A model generated the notes under the pieces. The model was not told the DNA's origin and made no database searches. It saw only the letters and a program-made list of their open reading frames with translations. A stretch of DNA of 64,000 nt from a bacterium (GTDB lineage: Bacteria > SAR324 > XYD2-FULL-50-16 > G965216635): assembly GCA_965216635.1 (NCBI GenBank), contig OZ244188.1, forward strand, positions 352,001-416,000. Direction: 5' to 3'. Positions 1 to 8,611 of the stretch are shown in pieces. Numbering within the stretch: position 1 is the stretch's first letter; each line of letters starts with the position of its first letter. Made by a program: the position numbers and the translations under genes.

Positions 1-2
1 CT

Positions 3-401
3 GGAAAAATTATTTCCGATGGTGGCTGCACTGTTGCGGGAGATGTTGGTAAGGCTTTTGGAGGGGGAGCAGATTTTGTGATGATAGGAGGCATGTTGGC
101 GGGACACGATGAATGTCAAGGCGAAGTGATAGATAATAAAATGAAATTTTATGGGATGTCTTCTGCAGTTGCTATGGATAGATATATTGGAGGAATGAAA
201 GATTATAGGGCTTCTGAAGGGAAAGAAGTTATGGTTCCTTATAAAGGGGCAGTTGTAAAAACGATTCAAGAAATACTAGGAGGTTTGCGTTCTGCTTGCT
301 CCTACGCTGGAGCTAGTCAACTAAAATACCTTCCTCGGTGTACTACTTTTATACGGGTATACCGTCAACTGAACGAATCCCTTTCTCCAACACCAATGTA
401 A
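3..401 (+). CDS. guaC: GMP reductase, 5'-truncated at window edge
   Basis: Frame open from base 3: [57 protein letters not shown] motifs of GMP reductase. Confidence 0.9.
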   Translation, partial: GKIISDGGCTVAGDVGKAFGGGADFVMIGGMLAGHDECQGEVIDNKMKFYGMSSAVAMDRYIGGMKDYRASEGKEVMVPYKGAVVKTIQEILGGLRSACSYAGASQLKYLPRCTTFIRVYRQLNESLSPTPM

Positions 402-415
402 TTCAAAAAAAAATC

Positions 416-1405
416 ATGAAAATAGCTATTATTGGTTTGGGATATTGGGGACCGAATTTAGTAAAAAATTTTTATACAACAGAGCAAATTCAAATCAAAT
501 ATATTTGCGATTTAGACGAAAAAAAAACTAAAGAGATCATTTCCCAATACCCCAATATTTCTGTTGCAACTACAAATAGTGATCGTGTGATGCAAGATAC
601 AGAAATCCAAGCCGTAGTTATAGCCACACCTGTGAGCACCCATTATACTCTTGCCAAACAAGCTTTGTTGGCGGGCAAACATGTTTTAATAGAAAAACCG
701 ATTACTGATAATATTGCGGAGGCTGAAGAACTGGTAGCACTAGCGGAAAAACACAATCTTATTCTTATGGTAGATCATATTTCTGTCTATATTGGAGCTG
801 TCCAAAAAATTAAAGAAGTTATTCAAAATGGAGATATAGGAGAAGTTTTATATTTTACTGCTGTGCGTATCAATCTGGGTCAATTTCAAAGAGATGTCAA
901 TGTGGTTTGGGATCTAGTGCCACACGATCTATCTATTTTAAAATATACAATCAACGAACAACCAGTTGCTGTAAGTGCGGTAGGCTCCAAACATTTTGGG
1001 GAGTTGGAAAATATTGCCTATATTAATATTTTATATAAAACCGAAATGATTGCTCATTGCCATGTGAATTGGCTCTCTCCTGTTAAAATTCGTAGTTTGG
1101 TGATTGCTGGTAACAATAAAATGTTAGTCTATAACGACTTGAAACCACACGAAACTCTAAAAATTTGTGACAAGAGCGTTCATTACAATAACGGATCCAT
1201 TGATTATAAATCAGGAGAGACTGAAATCCTTAAAATAGATACTAGCGCTGCGTTACCTAAAGTATGCAATGCTTTCAGAGAATCTATTCAAAAAAGTATT
1301 GCTCCTATTACGGATGGAAAGTATGGATTAGATATTGTAAGAATTATTACAGCGGCACAAACTTCTATTCATCAACGAGGGCAACCGATTCCTATTCAGT
1401 TTTAG
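416..1405 (+). CDS. Gfo/Idh/MocA family oxidoreductase (sugar-nucleotide dehydrogenase)
   Basis: KIAIIGLGYWG Rossmann start, GKHVLIEKP, WDLVPHDLS; ATG at 416 preferred over the ORF-track start that overlaps guaC. Confidence 0.85.
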   Translation: MKIAIIGLGYWGPNLVKNFYTTEQIQIKYICDLDEKKTKEIISQYPNISVATTNSDRVMQDTEIQAVVIATPVSTHYTLAKQALLAGKHVLIEKPITDNIAEAEELVALAEKHNLILMVDHISVYIGAVQKIKEVIQNGDIGEVLYFTAVRINLGQFQRDVNVVWDLVPHDLSILKYTINEQPVAVSAVGSKHFGELENIAYINILYKTEMIAHCHVNWLSPVKIRSLVIAGNNKMLVYNDLKPHETLKICDKSVHYNNGSIDYKSGETEILKIDTSAALPKVCNAFRESIQKSIAPITDGKYGLDIVRIITAAQTSIHQRGQPIPIQF

Positions 1406-1422
1406 TTACTTGAATTAACTTA

Positions 1423-2916
1423 ATGCAAAGACTACTTTTCACGGATTCTGTTTTTATAGACGCTTTCTTAAAACAAAAAGAGGCAGCTATAAAAGCCATA
1501 AACTATTGCAACCAATCAGCTCATCTTCAAGGTTGGGTTTTGGCAAATATCACAGAAAAATTATTAGAAGCATCTCTGACAGAAGAGCAAATTGTAGAGG
1601 CTCTACAAAATTTTTCTACAATCCCCATCAACGCAACACTCAGCAAGGCTGCTCTTAACTGTTGTAGTTCTTCCAAATTGGAGTATGAAAAAGCTCTTTT
1701 AGAAGAGTCTGCTAGTGTTTTCAAAATTGCTAAAATTGTTGATTGTGATTTTGTTGAAAAAGATAGTCTGCTTTATTTAGATTGTGAGCAGGTTCTAGGG
1801 TTGTTAGAAGATACAGAAGTAGCGTTTTTAGATTTAAAAGCAGATTTGCACCCTATACTAGATAGAATAGATGGGGGTTATATGGAAATCATTCAAAATA
1901 CAGAATTTTCTGGTGGAAACCATGTAGTTGCTTTTGAAAAAGAATTTGCCTCTTATTGTGGCACTCGCTACGCTGCCGCGCTCTCTAATGGAACAGACGC
2001 TTTGAGATTAGCCTTAGTTGCGATGGGTATAACAAAAGGAGACGAAGTTATCACTGTGCCGAATACTTTTATTGCTACTACAGAAGTGATTTCACAGCTA
2101 GGAGCCAAGGTTGTTTTTGTAGATGTTTTGCAGGAAAGCTATAATATGAACCCTCAGAAAATTGAGGAAAAAATTAATAATAAAACAAAGGCTATTATTC
2201 CCGTTCATCTTTACGGACAGGTTGCAGATATGGATCCTATTTTAAAAATTGCTAGAAAACATAATTTGAAAATATTAGAAGATGCATCTCAAGCACAAGG
2301 TGCTTTTTATAAAAACCAAAGAGCGGGAAGTCTTGGAGATGCGGCTGCTTTTAGTTTGTATCCATCCAAAAATTTAGGTGCTTTTGGAGAAGCGGGAGTA
2401 GTAACTAGCAATAACAAAAATATCATAGAAAAAATAGAAATTCTTAAGAATCACGGACAAAACAGACAATACTCCTATCAAATGGAAGGCTACAATGCCC
2501 GTATGGATAATCTGCAAGCAGTTGTTTTAAGAACTAAGCTCGCTTATTTAGAGCAGTGGAACGAAAAGAGAAGAAAAATTGCAGATTGTTATGGTGTGGG
2601 ATTAAAAAATTGCTCGCAAATTAGGTTGCCCAAAATACAGACTGGATGTCAGTCGGTTTTTTATCTTTATCCCATTTTAGCAGAAAAAATTCAACTGCTA
2701 CACAGCTATCTTTTAGACAAGCAAATTCAAACCCGCGTTGGTTATTCCCACCCATTGCATTTAGAACCAGCGTATAGTTTTTTAAATCAAAAACAAGGAA
2801 GTTATCCTGTAGCTGAAAGCTATTTTAAGAAACTTCTCTGTTTGCCGATTTATCCTACTTTGAGTAAAACAAAAGCACGAAAAGTTATAGATGCTATTTT
2901 GAAATTTTATCAGTAA
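1423..2916 (+). CDS. DegT/DnrJ/EryC1/StrS aminotransferase with ~130-aa N-terminal PIN-like extension
   Basis: NGTDAL, PVHLYGQ, EDASQAQG, FSLYPSKNLGAFGEAG (PLP lysine); extra N-terminal domain. Confidence 0.88.
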   Translation: MQRLLFTDSVFIDAFLKQKEAAIKAINYCNQSAHLQGWVLANITEKLLEASLTEEQIVEALQNFSTIPINATLSKAALNCCSSSKLEYEKALLEESASVFKIAKIVDCDFVEKDSLLYLDCEQVLGLLEDTEVAFLDLKADLHPILDRIDGGYMEIIQNTEFSGGNHVVAFEKEFASYCGTRYAAALSNGTDALRLALVAMGITKGDEVITVPNTFIATTEVISQLGAKVVFVDVLQESYNMNPQKIEEKINNKTKAIIPVHLYGQVADMDPILKIARKHNLKILEDASQAQGAFYKNQRAGSLGDAAAFSLYPSKNLGAFGEAGVVTSNNKNIIEKIEILKNHGQNRQYSYQMEGYNARMDNLQAVVLRTKLAYLEQWNEKRRKIADCYGVGLKNCSQIRLPKIQTGCQSVFYLYPILAEKIQLLHSYLLDKQIQTRVGYSHPLHLEPAYSFLNQKQGSYPVAESYFKKLLCLPIYPTLSKTKARKVIDAILKFYQ

Positions 2917-2974
2917 GGTTGCCGAAAATATGTTAAAGAATTGGAATTTTAGCTCATAAAATTTTTTAAGAGAA

Positions 2975-4135
2975 ATGAAAAAAATATTAACAATTATAGG
3001 AGAAGCTTCGGGTGACTTACACGGTGGCAATGTGCTAGTGAAGTTAAAGAAAATCAACCCTTCTTTAAAGATTATTGGTACGGGTGGAAAACTTTTTCAA
3101 AGCATAGCCGATAAAACTTATCACTTTATTGAAGAAATGGAGGTTGTTGGACTGATTGAAGTTTTTAAAAGCTGGAAAAAATTAAAAGCTATCCTGCAAA
3201 AAATGACTGCTTTGTTAGATAGTGAGTTACCAGATGCAGTATTTTTAGTAGACTATGTGGGTTTTAATCTCCGCTTTGCGGAGCAAGCAAAAAAAAGAAA
3301 AATTCCTGTTTATTTTTACATTTCTCCACAAATCTGGGCTTGGAAAAAAAAACGTATTCAAAAAATCAGAGACTATGTAGATAAACTGATTGTTTTATTT
3401 CCTTTTGAAAAAAAATATTTTGCAAATAGAGGGATGCAAGTAGAATGTTTTGGACATCCTTTATTAGATATCGTTAAAACTAGTAGCAGCAAAGAAAAAT
3501 GTTTTCATAAATTCCATTTATCTCTTAGTAAAAAACTCGTTTGCCTATTGCCCGGTAGCAGACAGCAAGAGATAAAAAAGCACTTACCTGTTTTATTAAA
3601 AACTGTTCCTTTACTAGCTAGAAAAGATAAAAATGTTCAATTTGTCTGCATTACTGCTTCTAAAGAAGCTTTGATAGTAGCGAAAGCTGTTTTTTCTAGC
3701 CAAAAAAATTCCGTTCAAAAAAATCAGCAAAAGGTTTTTTTTGTTTGTGAAGATAGCTATAACCTTATAAGTTATGCTGCGTTAGCTTTGACTTCATCGG
3801 GGACTGTGACTTTAGAAACTGCTATTTTAGAGACTCCAATGATTATTTTTTATCAGGCAAATTCTCTTTCTTATTTTATATTTAAGTATCTTTTTAAAAT
3901 CCGAATCATCGGTCTCCCCAATATTGTGATGGGGAAAAAATTTGTGCCAGAATTGGTGCAGAGTAATTTTACTCCTCAAAAACTCACCCAAAAATCTCTG
4001 GAAATTCTACAAAAAAAAACAATATACCAAAAAATGACAACCCACTTTCCCTCCTTGAAAAAAAAATTAGGCACAAAAGGGGCTTATAAAAACACTGCAA
4101 AATATTTACACAAACAGATAAAAAATATCCCGTAG
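2975..4135 (+). CDS. lpxB: Lipid-A-disaccharide synthase
   Basis: GEASGDLHG, SPQIWAWK, GHPL, LLPGSR, SGTVTLE motifs. Confidence 0.95.
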   Translation: MKKILTIIGEASGDLHGGNVLVKLKKINPSLKIIGTGGKLFQSIADKTYHFIEEMEVVGLIEVFKSWKKLKAILQKMTALLDSELPDAVFLVDYVGFNLRFAEQAKKRKIPVYFYISPQIWAWKKKRIQKIRDYVDKLIVLFPFEKKYFANRGMQVECFGHPLLDIVKTSSSKEKCFHKFHLSLSKKLVCLLPGSRQQEIKKHLPVLLKTVPLLARKDKNVQFVCITASKEALIVAKAVFSSQKNSVQKNQQKVFFVCEDSYNLISYAALALTSSGTVTLETAILETPMIIFYQANSLSYFIFKYLFKIRIIGLPNIVMGKKFVPELVQSNFTPQKLTQKSLEILQKKTIYQKMTTHFPSLKKKLGTKGAYKNTAKYLHKQIKNIP

Positions 4136-4142
4136 ACTATTT

Positions 4143-4898
4143 ATGGAGGTTACCACTGAAACCGCTATTTTTTTATTTTTTATAGCTTTTTTAGCAGGTT
4201 GGATAGACGCTGTTGCTGGAGGTGGAGGATTATTAACTCTACCCGCTATGCTACTTGTAGGCATCCCACCGACAGACGCTTTAGCAACAAATAAATTTCA
4301 ATCTAGTAGCGGAACTTTTACTGCTTCTCTTTATTTTATTAAAAAAAAAGCTGTAAAACTAAAAGAGATGTATTGGATGATTGCGATGACTTTTTTAGGT
4401 TCTATGGCTGGAAGCTGGTTAGTATTGCAAACAGATGCTAGTGCTTTAACAAAAATCATCCCCTTCCTACTCATTTTTATAGGCTTGTATTTCTTATTTT
4501 CTTCTCAGCAGGATATAGACAGAAAAACAAGAATCTCTCTGATTGTTTTTGCTTTACTTATTGCTCCTTGTATTGGATTTTATGATGGATTTTTTGGTCC
4601 AGGAACAGGTAACTTTTTTACTTTATCTTTTGTTTTTTTTTTAGGATACAACCTTTCTAAAGCAACCGCTCATTGCAAAATCCTCAACTTTACCAGTAAT
4701 ATTTCAGCTCTTTTTTATTTTGCTATTTTTGGTAATATTGCTTGGATGTTTGGTTTGGTTATGATTGGAGGACAGGTACTAGGAGCCTTATTAGGCTCTA
4801 AAATGCTATGGAAAAAAGGTGCTAAACTCATCCGTCCTGTAGCTGTGATTGTTTGTTTTTTAATGGCTTTCAGAATTATCTGGCAAAACCTACATTGA
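4143..4898 (+). CDS. TSUP (TauE/SafE, YfcA-like) membrane transporter
   Basis: GWIDAVAGGGGLLTLPA, ALATNK, GFYDGFFGPGTG. Confidence 0.9.
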   Translation: MEVTTETAIFLFFIAFLAGWIDAVAGGGGLLTLPAMLLVGIPPTDALATNKFQSSSGTFTASLYFIKKKAVKLKEMYWMIAMTFLGSMAGSWLVLQTDASALTKIIPFLLIFIGLYFLFSSQQDIDRKTRISLIVFALLIAPCIGFYDGFFGPGTGNFFTLSFVFFLGYNLSKATAHCKILNFTSNISALFYFAIFGNIAWMFGLVMIGGQVLGALLGSKMLWKKGAKLIRPVAVIVCFLMAFRIIWQNLH

Positions 4899-4974
4899 AT
4901 TGGGCTTTATGAAGACTACATTTTATAAAGATTTTTTAAACAAGAAAATCATACTATGAGTTGTATTTTTATTT

Positions 4975-6417
4975 TCACATAAATTCATCTATTTTTTGCT
5001 TACGTCTTTTAAAAAAATCTACTGCTTTTTTTACATTATAATTATTGAGTTTTTCTGCCCATTTTTCTATAGGTTGCCAACTCCAGGAATCTAAACCTAT
5101 GTTAGAAGAGTATTGGTTTTTGAAAAATTTGAGTTTTTTACCCAAATCTTCTTGGGTAAAAGATAAAGAATCTTTCAAGATTTTTAGCATATCAAATTGT
5201 ATCATTGCTTCTTCATCAGTAGCAAATCTTTTTTGAAATTCTGTTACTAAGTTTTGCTCAAAAGGTTTGTTAGTGACTAAAAATAACTCAATAAGATAAA
5301 TATAAGCTAATGATTCATATTCTGGATCAATTTCAATAGTTTTTTTATAGGTATTTATGGCTTTTTCATATTGTTCTAATTCAGTATAAGCAAGACCCAT
5401 ATTAAAAAAAGCATTCATAGCTTGAAAATTAACTTGAATAGATTCTTTATAAAATTCAACTGCTTTTTCATATTCCTCTAATTTAAAATAAACGTTGCCG
5501 ATTAAAAAAAGAGCATTATCATCTTTGGGATTAGTTTTGATATATCCTTCCCAAGATTCAATGGCTTTTAGGTACTGTTCTTCTTGAAAGTAATGTAATC
5601 CTTTTTTAAATATCTCTTCTGGTGTTTTCTCTGAAGAAATCGGACGATCATAACTATTCACAGTCGCAAATCCGTAAATATCTTGGAATAGAGTTTTTTC
5701 ATTAACAGCAAAATGCAAAGATAAATATTCTCTGATTTCTCTTTTTTTATCTGCTTTAATACAAATTTTTTTTACAGGTGTTATTACACTTTCAAGATTT
5801 TCGGAACCAAAAATAAAAACTCCTTTTTGGGCAAAAATCCTTGTATTACTCTTAAACTTAGGTTTTAAATAATAAAATTTATTATTATCTAATTTATCTA
5901 AAATAGCTTTTATCTCTTCTTGATTATCTTCTATAGATAAAGGTTTAAAATCTACTGAACCAATATGTAAAATAAATACACAACCATCCTTTTTCAATAT
6001 GCTCCCTTCTTTTTCTTCTGAGAAATCTTCACAAGCAAACCAAAGAGAAATTAAGGCATCACTACTAAAATCTATAAGTCCAGTTGCTGCTTGATAATGC
6101 TGTAATTCTGCTAGTAGTTGAATATCATTTAAAATTTGCCCTTTATAGTCTTTATGATATTGATAATCCTTTGCTTCTTTGAGTAATTCTTGATGGTATT
6201 GAATAAATTGAGATTTTGTTGGAATGATTTTATTTTTTTCTTTTCCTAAGTTCAAACGGCGATAGTAAGAAGATACAATTTTCCATTCTATGTTCCTTTG
6301 TCCTCTGAAAATATAATTTTTTTCTAAATCACTGGATTTTTTGTTCAGTTCTTGAATATATTCTTCAATAGAAGAAATTGATGTAACTTCGTCGTTTTTG
6401 TCTTTTTTATTACTCAT
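4975..6417 (-). CDS. FRG-domain protein with C-terminal TPR repeats
   Basis: YIFRGQ, LQHY..TGLIDFS..ISLWFA, RIFAQKGVF; then about 3 TPR units (ALFLIGNVYFKLEEYEKA, AFFNMGLAYTELEQYEKA). Confidence 0.85.
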   Translation of the reverse strand: MSNKKDKNDEVTSISSIEEYIQELNKKSSDLEKNYIFRGQRNIEWKIVSSYYRRLNLGKEKNKIIPTKSQFIQYHQELLKEAKDYQYHKDYKGQILNDIQLLAELQHYQAATGLIDFSSDALISLWFACEDFSEEKEGSILKKDGCVFILHIGSVDFKPLSIEDNQEEIKAILDKLDNNKFYYLKPKFKSNTRIFAQKGVFIFGSENLESVITPVKKICIKADKKREIREYLSLHFAVNEKTLFQDIYGFATVNSYDRPISSEKTPEEIFKKGLHYFQEEQYLKAIESWEGYIKTNPKDDNALFLIGNVYFKLEEYEKAVEFYKESIQVNFQAMNAFFNMGLAYTELEQYEKAINTYKKTIEIDPEYESLAYIYLIELFLVTNKPFEQNLVTEFQKRFATDEEAMIQFDMLKILKDSLSFTQEDLGKKLKFFKNQYSSNIGLDSWSWQPIEKWAEKLNNYNVKKAVDFFKRRKQKIDEFM

Positions 6418-6559
6418 TTTTCTATTTCTCTTAGGTATTGTGAGATCATAATTTTTAATTTAGATTATTTTTAAATTTTTTTCTTGAAATTTTTTTTAAA
6501 ATTTTATAATAATATTAATTATGGATGGTATATGTTTTCTACTACAAAAAAAAATTAAA

Positions 6560-6718
6560 ATGCCAAATAAAAAACAAACTTCAAAATCAGGAGCATCAAA
6601 ATCAGTAGCATCAAAATCAGTAGCATCAAAATCTAGTAAGCAATTAAGATATGATAGAACATCTAAAACATCTAACACTATTGCCGCTTCTGCTTTGTCC
6701 CAAATGAGAAGAAGATAA
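6560..6718 (+). CDS. Small basic Ser/Lys-rich hypothetical protein (52 aa)
   Basis: MPNKKQTSKS...IAASALSQ; contains a 15-bp tandem repeat (tcagtagcatcaaaa). Confidence 0.5.
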   Translation: MPNKKQTSKSGASKSVASKSVASKSSKQLRYDRTSKTSNTIAASALSQMRRR

Positions 6719-6771
6719 TAATACAGATAGGCAAGACCAAAGAAAATTTGAAGGATGGAGGTATAAAGAAA

Positions 6772-6864
6772 ATGAATAATAAAACTCAAAATCCAAACAA
6801 TTACTCTGGGTATCCAGCAACAATTACTGAAACATCAGATAAAATGGATGCCTTGCCAATATAA
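6772..6864 (+). CDS. Possible 30-aa small ORF
   Basis: GGAGGT Shine-Dalgarno ~9 nt upstream of ATG; MNNKTQNPNNYSGYPATITETSDKMDALPI. Confidence 0.3.
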   Translation: MNNKTQNPNNYSGYPATITETSDKMDALPI

Positions 6865-6951
6865 TGAAAAACAAAGTTACTGTTCTTAAACTTGATATTA
6901 AAAAAAGACCCCTTTTAACAAGAAAATATAGATTAAATCCTATTTCTTCTT

Positions 6952-7899
6952 TTACTTTGCTTGATAAAGAGAAGTCTTAGGGTGAAAAGTGAACCAAGCA
7001 AACCAAAAGGCTTGAATGGTAGGAATTGGATTGCCTTTAGAGTCGGTAATGATAGCAGAGCGATTTTTTTTATCCCAGCGGATAGTAAATTTTTGGTTTT
7101 GAAAATTATCTTGAAATTTTTCTTTACCATTTTTACTCAGTTCCACAAAAGGGTATGCTTTATATTTTCCTTTTACTTCTAATCCAAGCACTCTTTCTTT
7201 GGGGTGGTAAATTTCAGGAGCTTGATTGGACACTCTAAAAAAAATAGCTCTGGATTGAGCATAACCTTGATAGGGGTCTCTATCGTAATTTCTTTGAAAA
7301 CCTGTATCTTTGGAAAGCACTAGAGTTTTTGGGTGTAATTTTTTCCACCTTCTCCAAGTCGTATGCTCTGCTGGAAGAATGGTTAATTTTTGAGAGAGAA
7401 ATTTTCCTGTAACTGCTTCTGCCAAAAGTTGAGACCAAAGGGATTCGCTTTGTTTATCGTAAAGCAGAACATCACTATTATAAAGCAACCCAGAAACTCC
7501 AAAGGTTAGTTTTTTCTCCTTAATTTTTGCAGAAAACACAACTCCAGTGCCACACAAGGGACAGAAAGATACTACAAAAGAATTATCCTTGATTTCGTCG
7601 TTGACTATTTCGTGCCAGTTTAAGATACGGATAGGGTAAGCCTTAGCTACGCCAGAATAGAAAATACCTATTACTCTATCTTCTGGTTTTAAGAAGTTGG
7701 CTTTTTTTGCTGTAGTAAATTTTGGATTATTTATCGCTGGGATACCGTCTTTTGGAGGACCTCCAGCTAAAATTTCGGTTATAGGAACGCTAGAATTTTT
7801 AAGATTGAAGCCATTCCTTGTTGTGGCAGACAGACACAAAGGCAACAGGAAAGCTCCTGCGATGAAGAAAATGCTTAAAACTTTAGACAGACTATTCAT
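6952..7899 (-). CDS. DUF3179 family protein, secreted
   Basis: GGPPKDGIPAI, WHEIVND, FCPLCGTG, GVSGLLYNS, FWFAWFTFHP; start MNSLSK at 7899. Confidence 0.88.
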   Translation of the reverse strand: MNSLSKVLSIFFIAGAFLLPLCLSATTRNGFNLKNSSVPITEILAGGPPKDGIPAINNPKFTTAKKANFLKPEDRVIGIFYSGVAKAYPIRILNWHEIVNDEIKDNSFVVSFCPLCGTGVVFSAKIKEKKLTFGVSGLLYNSDVLLYDKQSESLWSQLLAEAVTGKFLSQKLTILPAEHTTWRRWKKLHPKTLVLSKDTGFQRNYDRDPYQGYAQSRAIFFRVSNQAPEIYHPKERVLGLEVKGKYKAYPFVELSKNGKEKFQDNFQNQKFTIRWDKKNRSAIITDSKGNPIPTIQAFWFAWFTFHPKTSLYQAK

Positions 7900-7921
7900 T
7901 TTTACAAAATGTCGCAACCAG
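7895..7921. repeat. 27-bp direct repeat copy 1 (duplicate of MMPL gene 3' end)
   Basis: ttcatttttacaaaatgtcgcaaccag identical to 8624-8650. Confidence 0.9.
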
Positions 7922-7964
7922 GGAAGTAAAGACTAAATGAGGTTGTTATCTTTTTTATTAGGCA

Positions 7965-8546
7965 CTAGGCTGTGTGTTTATCTACATCACCAATCATCCA
8001 GCCTTTATCGTCTAGTATTTTATCACGGAGTATAACCGCAAAGATGGATAGGGTGTGATGCAATAAAATACCTTTATCTACAGATGTCTTTTTCGCAATA
8101 CTCAATTCTTCGTCACTTAATAAATCCTCTATATCTCTGCTAATAATTGAAAAACAGGCTTGTTGAACATCATAAGCATTTTTTGGATTTTCTTTTTCTA
8201 CTAATCTCTTTAATTTTGTCTCGTTTTTTATGATAAAATCGTGCGCTTTCAAAGATTGAGCAATACCTATTCCAGTTTCAGTTAGCTTAATAGGGCTACT
8301 TGCAGCTATTGGGGCGTTAGGAAAAATTTTTCCATAGATAGAATCTACAGTTTTTTGTATTACTTTAACAGTTGCTATCAAGCTAGGAAATTCTTTATAG
8401 AGATAATTTAATTTCTCTTCTTTATCTTTCCATCCTCCTAAAAAATGTCCTATCTTAAAAGCAAAAATTATAATTGTAATTAGAAAAATTAAAAATACGC
8501 CAACATATCCCCAACTTTCTAATTGTTTTGCTACAAAAATCCACAT
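7965..8546 (-). CDS. Hypothetical protein with N-terminal transmembrane helix
   Basis: 193-aa ORF, hydrophobic residues ~14-36; lies between the two 27-bp repeats. Confidence 0.75.
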   Translation of the reverse strand: MWIFVAKQLESWGYVGVFLIFLITIIIFAFKIGHFLGGWKDKEEKLNYLYKEFPSLIATVKVIQKTVDSIYGKIFPNAPIAASSPIKLTETGIGIAQSLKAHDFIIKNETKLKRLVEKENPKNAYDVQQACFSIISRDIEDLLSDEELSIAKKTSVDKGILLHHTLSIFAVILRDKILDDKGWMIGDVDKHTA

Positions 8547-8574
8547 TTTCTATATTTTTTTGAGTGTTTTAATA

Positions 8575-8603
8575 ATGATATATTTTTTTAAAATAAAAAT
8601 CAA
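8575..8603 (-). promoter_or_regulatory. sigma70-like promoter for 7965-8546
   Basis: TTGATT-17 bp-TATCAT on minus strand. Confidence 0.5.
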
Positions 8604-8611
8604 ATTTTTTA

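Noticed and set aside
4925..6930. Direct repeats around the FRG pocket (aaaga..aacaagaaa)
   Set aside because: Too short and AT-rich to distinguish from chance
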